A DNA stretch of 31,323 nucleotides from a virus (Duplodnaviria; Caudoviricetes). Positions 1 through 8,642 of the stretch are shown piece by piece. Position numbers and translations under genes: made by a program. The notes under the pieces are model-generated. The model was not told the origin of the DNA and ran no database searches. It saw only the letters and a list, made by a program, of their open reading frames with translations. Where the stretch lies: IMG/VR virus record IMGVR_UViG_3300027732_000082, positions 1-31,323 of that record. One strand, written 5' to 3'. Position 1 is the stretch's first letter. Every line of letters starts with the position of its first letter.

Positions 1-1125
1 AAAGAGCAAGTGGAGAATCTACTGCGAAGACAAAGTCTATGGCTTAGGAAAAAAGACGAAGATCTTGTCAAACTCCAGCAGGCCTACGATGAGCTGGCCA
101 AACTTGATATTGAAGCAGAACTATCTGCACATCAAGCACTAACAGGATATCTAGCAAAGACCAAAGAGATCACAGAACTTGTTCGTTGGAAAACTGCATG
201 CGAAACAGCAGAAGCCAAAGAAACAAAAACAATTGAAAAGCTAAAGAAAGAAATTGCTGATCTCAAAGAACACAAGTGCTATGCTTGCGGGCAGGAAATG
301 CATGATGAAAAGCATGAGCAGGTTCTAGCAGAAAAAGAACGAGCACTGCAAGAGGCTGCACTGCAAGCCTTGTCCACGAACACACAATGGCAGGAGCACA
401 CAGACAAGCTAACAGCACTGGGCGACCCAGGCACCAGGCCTACTATATTCTACGACAAAGAAAGCGATGCGTTTGAGCACCGTGCAAGCATGAGTCATGT
501 GCTGAGTCAACTGCTTTCACGACAGGACGAAGCAGATCCTTATGTGGAGCAGATTGCTGAAATGCAAACTCAAGCAGAAGCTGACATTGATTACACAGCC
601 ATGAACGAGCTGGTGCGCTTGCGTGATCACCAGGATTTCCTGCTAAAACTGCTCACAAGCAAGGACAGTTTTGTACGCAAACGCATTATAGATCAGAATT
701 TAGCCTACCTTAACACACGATTATCGGAGTACTTGGACCGTATTGGACTTCCGCATACAGTGACATTTTTGAACGATCTAACGGTTAATATCACAGAGCT
801 AGGCCGTGAACTAGACTTTGATAATCTCAGCAGGGGCGAAAGAAATAGGCTAATACTAAGCCTAAGCTGGAGTTTCCGCGATGTGTGGGAAAGCCTGTAT
901 CAGCCCATAAATCTTATGTTCATTGACGAAGTCGTGGACTCCGGGATGGATTCTAGTGGCGTAGAAGCCGCGCTGGCAATCCTCAAGCGAATGAGCAGGG
1001 ATCGTAACAAATCCGTTTGGCTGGTTAGCCACAAAGATGAGCTGATCAGCCGTGTGAACAACGTACTAACTGTGACAAAAGAAAACGGATTTACCTCCTA
1101 TGGCACAGATGTGGAAATATTATAA
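1..1125 (+). CDS. gp46: Recombination endonuclease ATPase subunit (T4 gp46 / SbcC-Rad50-like), 5'-truncated
   Basis: Frame is open from base 1. Coiled coil with zinc-hook CYAC, ABC signature LSRGE, Walker B MFIDE, D-loop DSGMD and H-switch VSH. Confidence 0.93.
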   Translation, partial: KEQVENLLRRQSLWLRKKDEDLVKLQQAYDELAKLDIEAELSAHQALTGYLAKTKEITELVRWKTACETAEAKETKTIEKLKKEIADLKEHKCYACGQEMHDEKHEQVLAEKERALQEAALQALSTNTQWQEHTDKLTALGDPGTRPTIFYDKESDAFEHRASMSHVLSQLLSRQDEADPYVEQIAEMQTQAEADIDYTAMNELVRLRDHQDFLLKLLTSKDSFVRKRIIDQNLAYLNTRLSEYLDRIGLPHTVTFLNDLTVNITELGRELDFDNLSRGERNRLILSLSWSFRDVWESLYQPINLMFIDEVVDSGMDSSGVEAALAILKRMSRDRNKSVWLVSHKDELISRVNNVLTVTKENGFTSYGTDVEIL

Positions 1126-1164
1126 TATGAAATTTTTTGACTCTGCGCAAAACAGCTAACTACT

Positions 1165-1683
1165 ATGCACATGACATCACCAAGCAAAGCAAAAGGAAAC
1201 ACCTGGGAACGTAAGGTAGCAGATCACCTTACAGCACTCTACGGGCAGAAGTTCTTGCGTGTTCCTGGATCAGGAGCATACATTGGTGGTAGCAACGTGT
1301 ATCGCAAAGAGACCCTGAATGAAGCACAGGTACGCAGTTTCAAAGGGGATATCATCCCTGGAGAAAGTTTTCCTAAATTCAATGCAGAATGCAAAAGTTA
1401 TAAAGATTTTCCATTTCATCAACTCTTTCAAGGCTCATGTAAACAACTAGACGAATGGATTGTGCAATGTATGGATGTCGCTGATCAAGGTGACTTCAAT
1501 ATCATATTCATGAAATTCAACCGCAAAGGCATGTTTGTTGCTGTTCAACTATCTGACACCACGTCTCTCTCCCTAAAACACCATATCACTTATACCACAG
1601 AAAAATACGGTTCCTGGGCTTTCATGGATTATGAAGCATTCTGGGAATCCAACACCGCAGCGGTCAGAGACCTCTGCAAGTAA
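1165..1683 (+). CDS. Hjc-like Holliday junction resolvase / PD-(D/E)XK endonuclease (true start may be ATG 1171)
   Basis: N-terminal SKAKGNTWERKVA, RVPGSGA, GDII and AECK match the archaeal Hjc-type catalytic pattern. Adjacent to gp46. Confidence 0.8.
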   Translation: MHMTSPSKAKGNTWERKVADHLTALYGQKFLRVPGSGAYIGGSNVYRKETLNEAQVRSFKGDIIPGESFPKFNAECKSYKDFPFHQLFQGSCKQLDEWIVQCMDVADQGDFNIIFMKFNRKGMFVAVQLSDTTSLSLKHHITYTTEKYGSWAFMDYEAFWESNTAAVRDLCK

Positions 1684-1689
1684 ACAGAA

Positions 1690-2155
1690 CACTGCTCGCA
1701 CCGGCCTAGCTCGGGTGCCCTAGACCTGGATCTCGGATCACAGGGACGGAATTCTCTGCGCTGTACAGAGTACTCAATCACTACCCGCAAGGATGAGCAC
1801 TGGTTAAATGCCCCAGTTTGATTGTTTGAATAGGATTCTAAGGCTGAAAAGACGCAGTAGCGATACTGCACGTTTAGTATGTGTGTTAGCGTATGTATAC
1901 TAAATCGCCGTTGTTTTAAAGACAGAATGAGCAGGTATCGGACAACCGCCTGTGTTGTTGTTTATAGTTAATTATAGACAATTATAGTTCTAACGCTATG
2001 TGGCTGTAAGAACTCAGATGAAGCCAAACTTTGCCCTGTGCGGGCAAAGTGTGACCATAGAATCTAGATGAAACTATTATCGCTTCGCTCTCGTAATAGT
2101 TCAATTAAAAAAATGCATGAGCGCAAGCGAAATGCAGATGTCTGAAAGACATCTT
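1690..2155 (+). ncRNA. Putative large structured non-coding RNA, family not recognised
   Basis: No credible ORF. About 12 consecutive hairpins. GNRA loops (GCAA 1787-90, GCGA 1860-63, GCAA 2123-26) and multiple G-U pairs work only on the + strand. Long-range helix 1833-1840/2058-2065. Confidence 0.7.
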
Positions 2156-2161
2156 ATAGTG

Positions 2162-2380
2162 TTAGAAGAAAGGTAATCCTGAATCCTTAGTAGATTTCAT
2201 ATTATCCTTGATGATCTGATTGATGATTTCTTTTTCTACTTGTCCGAGTAGCATGGCATCTTCGTAGTTTAATCCACCACGCATCCACCACATCATGCGC
2301 AGGGCTTCGTCTCTAATGGCTCTTGCCTCTTTGTCCATGCCCTCAATCATGGACTCAATCCCGGCATTGTCTAGTTTCAA
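2162..2380 (-). CDS. Small tail/baseplate assembly protein, probably the -1 frameshift extension of the upstream gp26-like gene
   Basis: 72-aa ORF whose TTG start overlaps the upstream TGA (TTGA) with only a weak SD. It is in the -1 frame and open back to the slippery heptamer T TTT TTC. Confidence 0.7.
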   Translation of the reverse strand: MKLDNAGIESMIEGMDKEARAIRDEALRMMWWMRGGLNYEDAMLLGQVEKEIINQIIKDNMKSTKDSGLPFF

Positions 2381-3255
2381 GAGCCTGCTACGAAAAAATT
2401 TGAATAGTCAAACTCGATGTTCATATCCATTTCTTCATTACAACCGCCACAGCGTGTTTTAACTGGTTGTAGCGCACCTTGACGAGCTATTGTGGTATAG
2501 GCTGTCTGGATCTGATTCACTAGAGAGCTGGGAATGTTTTTATAAAACTCCAGGATATAATCCTTGTTCTTGATCTTTTCTTCTGGACTGTCATCCATCA
2601 CGATGTACTCTGTGCATTCTGCCAACACATCAAAGTTTAGATCAACCAGGCGATCCATTTGCTTGATTGATTCTGCTACACGTTCGTCACCATCTTCTAG
2701 GTTGTCCAGGGCTTGTCCAAGTTTTTGTACTTCAAAGTTTGTTTTGTTGACCTTGTTCATGCCGTAGTAGGCCTGCGGACGGAATTTGATAGTAATTCTA
2801 TTTTCAGTATAGTGTTCGTCAAAGTTTGGTGCTTTGATGGTGTCCAGCATTCCACGCAGGTCCAGTGCATAGGTGTGTGTTTCGGCGCAAAATGGGCATG
2901 TGCTTTCAAAATCCATCTTGTGTCCATAACTGGCAATGCGAATAGCAATCAAGGTAGCATCCACATCAGTTGCGGGCATTCTCCAAGCATCCTTGATGTC
3001 TGGAATACAGCTCTGGATAACATCAACCATGCCCTGTCCGTTGAGCAGTGCATCAGGGGTGCGTAGCACAACCTCGTCCCTGCTGGTCATTGGAAACACA
3101 GCGAATTCTCCAGATTCTGGTACATTCATTGTGCCCATGGGCCACCAACGCCCTTGACTAGGCGGCATAAAGTAGATTGCTGGTTGTCTGAATAGCTTGG
3201 TCAGTGGATTTTTTGCTACAGACGGCGGTACTGGCATTTGCATAGAATTGCTCAT
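2377..3255 (-). CDS. gp26: Baseplate hub assembly / tail assembly chaperone protein (T4 gp26/gp51-like)
   Basis: NPLTKLFRQP..PSQG, PMTSRDE..L.TPDALLNG, D.DA.LIAIRIASYG, two CxxC pairs (CPFC, CGGC) and a C-terminal NFF. GGGGA SD precedes ATG 3255, so this start is preferred over 3267. Confidence 0.78.
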   Translation of the reverse strand: MSNSMQMPVPPSVAKNPLTKLFRQPAIYFMPPSQGRWWPMGTMNVPESGEFAVFPMTSRDEVVLRTPDALLNGQGMVDVIQSCIPDIKDAWRMPATDVDATLIAIRIASYGHKMDFESTCPFCAETHTYALDLRGMLDTIKAPNFDEHYTENRITIKFRPQAYYGMNKVNKTNFEVQKLGQALDNLEDGDERVAESIKQMDRLVDLNFDVLAECTEYIVMDDSPEEKIKNKDYILEFYKNIPSSLVNQIQTAYTTIARQGALQPVKTRCGGCNEEMDMNIEFDYSNFFVAGS

Positions 3256-3264
3256 TTTGATCCC

Positions 3265-3290
3265 CATAAATAATTGATATAGTATTTATG
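3265..3290. promoter_or_regulatory. Face-to-face pair of late promoters (CATAAATA on each strand)
   Basis: CATAAATA at 3265-3272 (+) and its exact reverse complement TATTTATG at 3283-3290, between divergent genes. Resembles the T4 late consensus TATAAATA. Confidence 0.75.
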
Positions 3291-3302
3291 TGAGCAAAAT
3301 CC

Positions 3303-6300
3303 ATGGCCTTAGAAGATGAATTAAGACGAACTAATGAACGCTTGGACGAATTTATTCGCCAAGCTGGTGGTAGCAGGTCCACCAGCGGCTCTAGTGGCGG
3401 AAGTTCTGGTAAAGCCTATACAGAAGCCGAAAGAGCAGCGTCCAGTCTGGCTAACTCTCTAAAAGAAGCAAAGGCATCATTTCAGAATCTACAAAGAACA
3501 AGCAAGGATTATGGAACTGTATCTAAACTTAATAATGTAGCACACAATCTATTTGGTAAGAGTACTCTTGAAGCCCATGAGCATATGAATTCGCTTGGCG
3601 ATGCTATCTACCAACAGCAGACTCTCTATAGAGATGCTAAAAAAGCAGGCAATGAAGAAGTAGCAGGCAAAGCCAGAGCTACACTGATGAATCTGCAGCA
3701 ACAAAAAGCCAACAATGAAGTAAATGCGCAGTCCGCGAGCGCACTTGGTTCATCTGTTGGTGGATTCATTAGCATTATTGCTGGCTTAGAAAATAGACTG
3801 ATAGGCATCGAGGCAACATATCAAGCTCAGCTGATGTCGATGGTGTCGCAAGGACAGAGTGGGTTCTCCTTGTTTGGTGCCTCTGTTGAAGCCAACATTG
3901 ATAAAGTCACTGCTGCCAGCGACGCCATGGCAGACGCAGCCAGCAAAGCAGGCAGTGCGCTTGGTCAGATGGGTGGTGTTATACTACCAATAGTTGGATT
4001 TGCACTCAACATAATGGCCGAGCGTGCCAAAGCAGTAAGCGCCGCAAATGCAACACTGGCCAAGCAAGGCATACGAATACTGGTCGAAGAAGGCAACAAG
4101 CTGATCAAGACCCATATGGAAATGACCAGCACCGGACTGATATTTGCAAATGGTATGCAAGGCTTGATTAATGCCACTGATGGAACCAAGCTGAGACTAG
4201 AAGAAATGACCGCAGTGGTAAAAGAAAATCGAGCGTCTTTTGCTGGCATGGGCATGGGCATGACAGAAGCCACAGAACTAATAGGTGGAGTTGCACGAAA
4301 GCTGGCTTCTACAACTGGTAAATTTGCCAATGCTGACAGGCAGTTGCTGGCACTGGGCTACAGCTATCAAGAGCAAGCTGCTCTTGCTGCTGAAACAGCT
4401 GAAATGATGAGTCGTGGTGGACAAAAACAAGGTTCTAATGCAGTGGCACAGGCCACTATGGAGATGGCTAAAAATATGGCTTTGGTTGCAGAAGCAACTG
4501 GCGAAGACATGAAAGAAAAGAAAAAGAAAATGCAGGCGGAGCAGACGGAGTTTGCTGTTAAAGGCGCCATGGCAAAACTGGCTAGAGATGATCCTGCACG
4601 ACACAAGCAACTCATAGCCCAGCAGCTGGGCATGACTGATGCACAAAGAAAAGCATCTAACGAGATGTTGGTCTATGGAACAGTAAGAGACAAAGACCTG
4701 GCTATCCAAATGGCTCTTAATTCTGGTTTAAGAAAATCAGTAATGGAAAATGATGCTGCATTTAGAAACGGTACTGCCAGCACTTTGCAGGCTGGAAAGA
4801 CTGCGACAAAGTACGCAAAAGAAACGCAAGATGCAAATATAGAAATGGCGGGCACTGTTGGTAAAGCAGCTCAGGCAGTTGGTAGTTTCAAAGGTGTAGC
4901 AAGCAACGCGGCCACTGACATGGATCAGAATCAGAGATTAGCGAATGCTAACTTTGAGAAATCACAAGCAAAGCAAGATAAACTGTTAGATGCAGCAGGC
5001 AAACCTACCCAAGCCGGTGATCCGACCGGAGCACTGCTGGACGCTATTGAAGTTGGTGCAACTGCTGCCAAAGAGATGCAGCAAAAAGTTGTTGGAGTCA
5101 TTGGTGAAATTGCTGCACAGTTGAGGGCTCACTATGATAGCCTTAAAGGTGCATTTGATAAAAGAAACTATACAGGCGCCGGAGCAGGCGGCAGCATGCC
5201 ACTAAGCATGGAACAGATCCTTGCGCTGATGATAGCGTTACCAATTGTTCGGGGTCTGATGATGGGCGGTTTTACAGCCGCAATGAACAAGGTCAAAACT
5301 GGCAGCTGGCTAGGTAAAGTCGCACCTGCAGCCCCTACCGCACCAGCTACAGCAACTACCACTGCTACAAACACAGCCCGCACCACTTCATCAGCAGTAG
5401 ACCGTGCCAAAGAACTACAAGCAAAAAATCCAGGCATGAGCAGTAAAGATGCTTTAGCAGAAGCTAGGCGCACAGGAGGCTTTAAACAGTTTGCAGAAAC
5501 AGAAGCAAGAATTGCACAGAATCTAGCCAAGTCAGGTCCTGCAATCACTAATGTTGCAAACGAAGCAGGTGCATTGAGTAAAGGCATGAACTTCATGAAA
5601 GGTGGGTTCCAGAAACTAGGAACCAAGATACCTATAATAGGCACAGCCTTAACAGTGGCCATGGCTGGGTTTAGTATCGCAGGGATCGAAGCTAGACAGG
5701 CAGCAGGAGAAATATCCGCAGAACAAGCCAGGACCGAAGAAGGTGGTGTAGTAGGTGGAGCAACCGGAGGATTAACAGGAGGTCTTGCAGGTGCAGCCGC
5801 CGGGGCAGCAATTGGTTCAGTTGTGCCTGTGATCGGAACCGTGATTGGTGGACTGATTGGCGGAGCACTAGGTGCCTGGGGCGGAGAAGCACTGGGTTCA
5901 AAGCTAGGTGAGAGTCTGATGAGCAACTGGGGCAGTATTACAAAATTTGCCACTGACATGGGTAAAACTGTGGCAGATTCCTGGGCAACAACTAAAAATT
6001 GGTTGGCCACAGATGGCAAACAGTACTGGAACATGTTTACCAGTGGCGCCAAAACAGTAGGTAAGATGGCTCTAGGAGTATTGGAAACAATACCAGGTGT
6101 TGGCGTAGTAATTAAAGGTGTACAAACTGCAATGTCCAAGGCAGAAGAAGGTTTTAAATCTGCATATAAAACAGCAGGCAGTTTCCTTACAGAAACTGGA
6201 AATAAATTTAAAACAACATTCCCTGAGCTAACCAACATGATACAAAGTATGTTTGGTGGCATAAAATCAGGACTGGGTAGTTTAATGGATGGTATCAGAA

Positions 6301-6884
6301 ACAGTGATACTTTTAAGTACATTAAAGACAAAGTTGGGTTTGGCGACAAGCCACCAAACTCAACTACAGCATCTCCTGCAGGAGCAAACAATTCTACCAA
6401 CAAAACTACATCAGCTGAAAAACCAGCAACAGGACCAGGCACAGCTAACCTTGATGGTGAGTACAAGAAAAATGCAGACAGTTGGGTGGCCGCAGTACAA
6501 GGTGGTAAGTCTTTTGATTCAGTGCCAGAGATGTACAAGCCGTATGTTAAAGCACAATTGGCCAAAGGTACCCCAAAAAATTCAAAACCAACAGTCGCAA
6601 CTCCTACATCAGCGCCCGGAACTGCGCCTGCTGCTTCAACGCCTGCTAAATCTACACCACCAACAAAAGTAGATGCTGTTGGTATACCGCAGAAAAAAGA
6701 TCTAACCGCACAGGAAAAAGCAGCAGTCTACGAAACCATTGCAACCAATACCAAATATACTGCCGACCTGATGCAGGCCCAACAACGAGCCATGAACTCC
6801 ATGCTACAGCAGTTGGCCGCAATAACGGATGCCACGCGAGAAACTGCATATGCTGCCAAGAAAACTGCGCAGAACACAAATTAA
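3303..6884 (+). CDS. Putative tail tape measure protein
   Basis: 1193 aa, Ala/Gly/Met-rich helical composition, glycine-zipper hydrophobic segment (GGLAGAAAGAAIGSVVPVIGTVIGGLIGGALG) and W/F-spaced amphipathic repeats. Next to the gp26-like gene. Confidence 0.72.
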   Translation: MALEDELRRTNERLDEFIRQAGGSRSTSGSSGGSSGKAYTEAERAASSLANSLKEAKASFQNLQRTSKDYGTVSKLNNVAHNLFGKSTLEAHEHMNSLGDAIYQQQTLYRDAKKAGNEEVAGKARATLMNLQQQKANNEVNAQSASALGSSVGGFISIIAGLENRLIGIEATYQAQLMSMVSQGQSGFSLFGASVEANIDKVTAASDAMADAASKAGSALGQMGGVILPIVGFALNIMAERAKAVSAANATLAKQGIRILVEEGNKLIKTHMEMTSTGLIFANGMQGLINATDGTKLRLEEMTAVVKENRASFAGMGMGMTEATELIGGVARKLASTTGKFANADRQLLALGYSYQEQAALAAETAEMMSRGGQKQGSNAVAQATMEMAKNMALVAEATGEDMKEKKKKMQAEQTEFAVKGAMAKLARDDPARHKQLIAQQLGMTDAQRKASNEMLVYGTVRDKDLAIQMALNSGLRKSVMENDAAFRNGTASTLQAGKTATKYAKETQDANIEMAGTVGKAAQAVGSFKGVASNAATDMDQNQRLANANFEKSQAKQDKLLDAAGKPTQAGDPTGALLDAIEVGATAAKEMQQKVVGVIGEIAAQLRAHYDSLKGAFDKRNYTGAGAGGSMPLSMEQILALMIALPIVRGLMMGGFTAAMNKVKTGSWLGKVAPAAPTAPATATTTATNTARTTSSAVDRAKELQAKNPGMSSKDALAEARRTGGFKQFAETEARIAQNLAKSGPAITNVANEAGALSKGMNFMKGGFQKLGTKIPIIGTALTVAMAGFSIAGIEARQAAGEISAEQARTEEGGVVGGATGGLTGGLAGAAAGAAIGSVVPVIGTVIGGLIGGALGAWGGEALGSKLGESLMSNWGSITKFATDMGKTVADSWATTKNWLATDGKQYWNMFTSGAKTVGKMALGVLETIPGVGVVIKGVQTAMSKAEEGFKSAYKTAGSFLTETGNKFKTTFPELTNMIQSMFGGIKSGLGSLMDGIRNSDTFKYIKDKVGFGDKPPNSTTASPAGANNSTNKTTSAEKPATGPGTANLDGEYKKNADSWVAAVQGGKSFDSVPEMYKPYVKAQLAKGTPKNSKPTVATPTSAPGTAPAASTPAKSTPPTKVDAVGIPQKKDLTAQEKAAVYETIATNTKYTADLMQAQQRAMNSMLQQLAAITDATRETAYAAKKTAQNTN

Positions 6885-6886
6885 CT

Positions 6887-6892
6887 TAAATA
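6887..6892 (+). promoter_or_regulatory. Late promoter core TAAATA
   Basis: TTAAATA ends 18 nt upstream of the portal ATG. The motif recurs before most structural genes. Confidence 0.6.
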
Positions 6893-6910
6893 CACAACAG
6901 AGAAAAAAAC

Positions 6911-8629
6911 ATGTCCTGGAAAAAATATTTCAAAGGTACTAATTTACCACAAAACATCAGCCCAGTTGCTGGTGCTGGGCGCAAGGCTGATCCAGGATAT
7001 AGGAACTATCAAAGCAACTTACCAGAACTGTATATTGGGCATCCAAATCGTATTGAGCGATACAATCAATATGAACAAATGGATGCAGACAGCGAAGTCA
7101 ATGCCGCACTGGATATTATATCTGAGTTTAGCACACAGGTTAATGTGGATAATAATCTCCCATTTGATCTGCATTTCCACAACAGGCCAACTGATAACGA
7201 AATCAAGATTATCAAAGAGCAACTGGAACAGTGGTGTAATCTAAACGAGCTAAATCGCCGCATGTTCAAGATCTTCCGTAATGTTATCAAGTACGGAGAT
7301 CAAGTGTTTATTCGTGATCCAGAAACGTTTAAATTGTTCTGGACAGAGATGAGCAAGGTTACCAAGGTCATTGTGAATGAAAGCGAAGGCAAAGAGCCAG
7401 AGCAGTATCTAATAAAAGATCTAAATCCAAACTTCCATAATCTAACAGCAACAGCGATTGCAGCCACAGACACATACACTAATCATCCACAGTCTGGCGG
7501 CCCAGCTGGTAGCTATGTACAGCCTAACAATTCAATAGCAGGCGGAAGCCGCTTTGCTCATGCACAAAATGAAGCTGCAATCAATGCTGAACATATTATA
7601 CACATCAGTTTAACTGAAGGGCTGGACGTGTTTTGGCCTTTTGGTAATTCAGTACTAGAAAACGTTTTCAAGGTGTTCAAACAGAAAGAACTGCTGGAAG
7701 ACGCTATTATTATCTATCGTGTGCAACGTGCGCCAGAACGCAGGATCTTCAAGATTGACGTGGGCAACATGCCCAGCCATATGGCCATGGCATTTGTTGA
7801 GCGCATCAAGAACGAAGTGCATCAGCGCCGTATCCCTACACAAACAGGTGGCGGCACCAACATGATGGATGCAACATACAATCCACTCAGCACCAACGAA
7901 GACTTTTTCTTTCCGACCACAGCAGATGGACGTGGCTCCACTGTGGAAACCCTGCCTGGTGGACAGAATCTAGGTGAAATCACAGACCTGCATTTCTTTA
8001 CCAACAAGCTGTTTCGTGGCCTGCGTATTCCATCCAGCTACTTGCCCACAGGACTTGATGACGGAGCAGCTGGTAGCTTTACAGACGGCAAAGTGGGCAC
8101 AGCACTGATCCAGGAATGGCGTTTCAATCAGTACTGTGTTAGACTGCAAAAAATGATTGCAGAAACCCTAGACAAAGAGTTTAAACTGTTCATGCGCTGG
8201 AGAGGTGTAAACATTGATGGACAACTGTTTGAGCTTATGTTCAATGAGCCGCAGAACTTTGCACAGTATCGCCAGGCTGAAGTAGATCTAGCTAGGATCA
8301 ATACATTTACACAGCTGGAAGCATTTCCTTACCTGAGCAAGCGTTTCTTGCTCACACGTTATCTAGGACTAAGCGAAGCCGAAATGGCAGAAAACGAGCG
8401 TATGTTTGCTGAGGAACAAGGCGATGTAGATGCCGCTCCTGCTGATCCAGCAGGATTACGTAGCATTGGTGTAAGCCCAGGTGGTATACAAGCAGACATA
8501 GACAATCTTGAAACACCTGACATAGGTGCAGAAGGCGCACCCGGCGAAGGTGCAGAAACAGGTGTAGCCAGTCCAACTGCTGGAGGAGCACCAGGCATGG
8601 GTACCGCACCACCGCCAATGAGTGTTTAA
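6911..8629 (+). CDS. gp20: Portal vertex protein (T4 gp20-like)
   Basis: Y..M..DSEVNAALDII, LLEDAIIIYRVQRAPERRIFKIDVGNMP, EDFFFP...GRGSTVETLPGGQNLGEITDL.FF..KL.RGLRIPSSYL are hallmark gp20 motifs. Confidence 0.96.
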   Translation: MSWKKYFKGTNLPQNISPVAGAGRKADPGYRNYQSNLPELYIGHPNRIERYNQYEQMDADSEVNAALDIISEFSTQVNVDNNLPFDLHFHNRPTDNEIKIIKEQLEQWCNLNELNRRMFKIFRNVIKYGDQVFIRDPETFKLFWTEMSKVTKVIVNESEGKEPEQYLIKDLNPNFHNLTATAIAATDTYTNHPQSGGPAGSYVQPNNSIAGGSRFAHAQNEAAINAEHIIHISLTEGLDVFWPFGNSVLENVFKVFKQKELLEDAIIIYRVQRAPERRIFKIDVGNMPSHMAMAFVERIKNEVHQRRIPTQTGGGTNMMDATYNPLSTNEDFFFPTTADGRGSTVETLPGGQNLGEITDLHFFTNKLFRGLRIPSSYLPTGLDDGAAGSFTDGKVGTALIQEWRFNQYCVRLQKMIAETLDKEFKLFMRWRGVNIDGQLFELMFNEPQNFAQYRQAEVDLARINTFTQLEAFPYLSKRFLLTRYLGLSEAEMAENERMFAEEQGDVDAAPADPAGLRSIGVSPGGIQADIDNLETPDIGAEGAPGEGAETGVASPTAGGAPGMGTAPPPMSV

Positions 8630-8642
8630 ATTTACCCTTTGG

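Noticed and set aside
1682-1710. ACAGAAC...CCGGCCTA, reminiscent of the RNase P RNA 3' consensus
   Set aside because: The two parts are not contiguous, sit at the 5' end of the region, and no GAGGAAAGUCC partner is present.
1629-1871. 80-aa minus-strand ORF overlapping the structured region
   Set aside because: No SD or promoter, atypical composition and overlap with the resolvase. The + strand RNA structure explains the region better.
1690-2155. Group I/II intron, tmRNA, tRNA or CRISPR interpretation of the non-coding region
   Set aside because: No interrupted gene, no domain V or P7-like core recognised, no cloverleaf or tag ORF, and no regularly spaced direct repeats.
3256-3267. ORF-track start at 3267 for the gp26-like gene
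   Set aside because: ATG 3255 has a well-spaced GGGGA SD, whereas ATG 3267 has none and lies within the opposite-strand promoter.
5168-6565. 465-aa antisense ORF inside the tape measure gene
   Set aside because: It is a codon-register shadow of an Ala/Gly/Thr-rich gene with no recognisable domain or expression signals. The same applies to the many short antisense ORFs within fibre genes.
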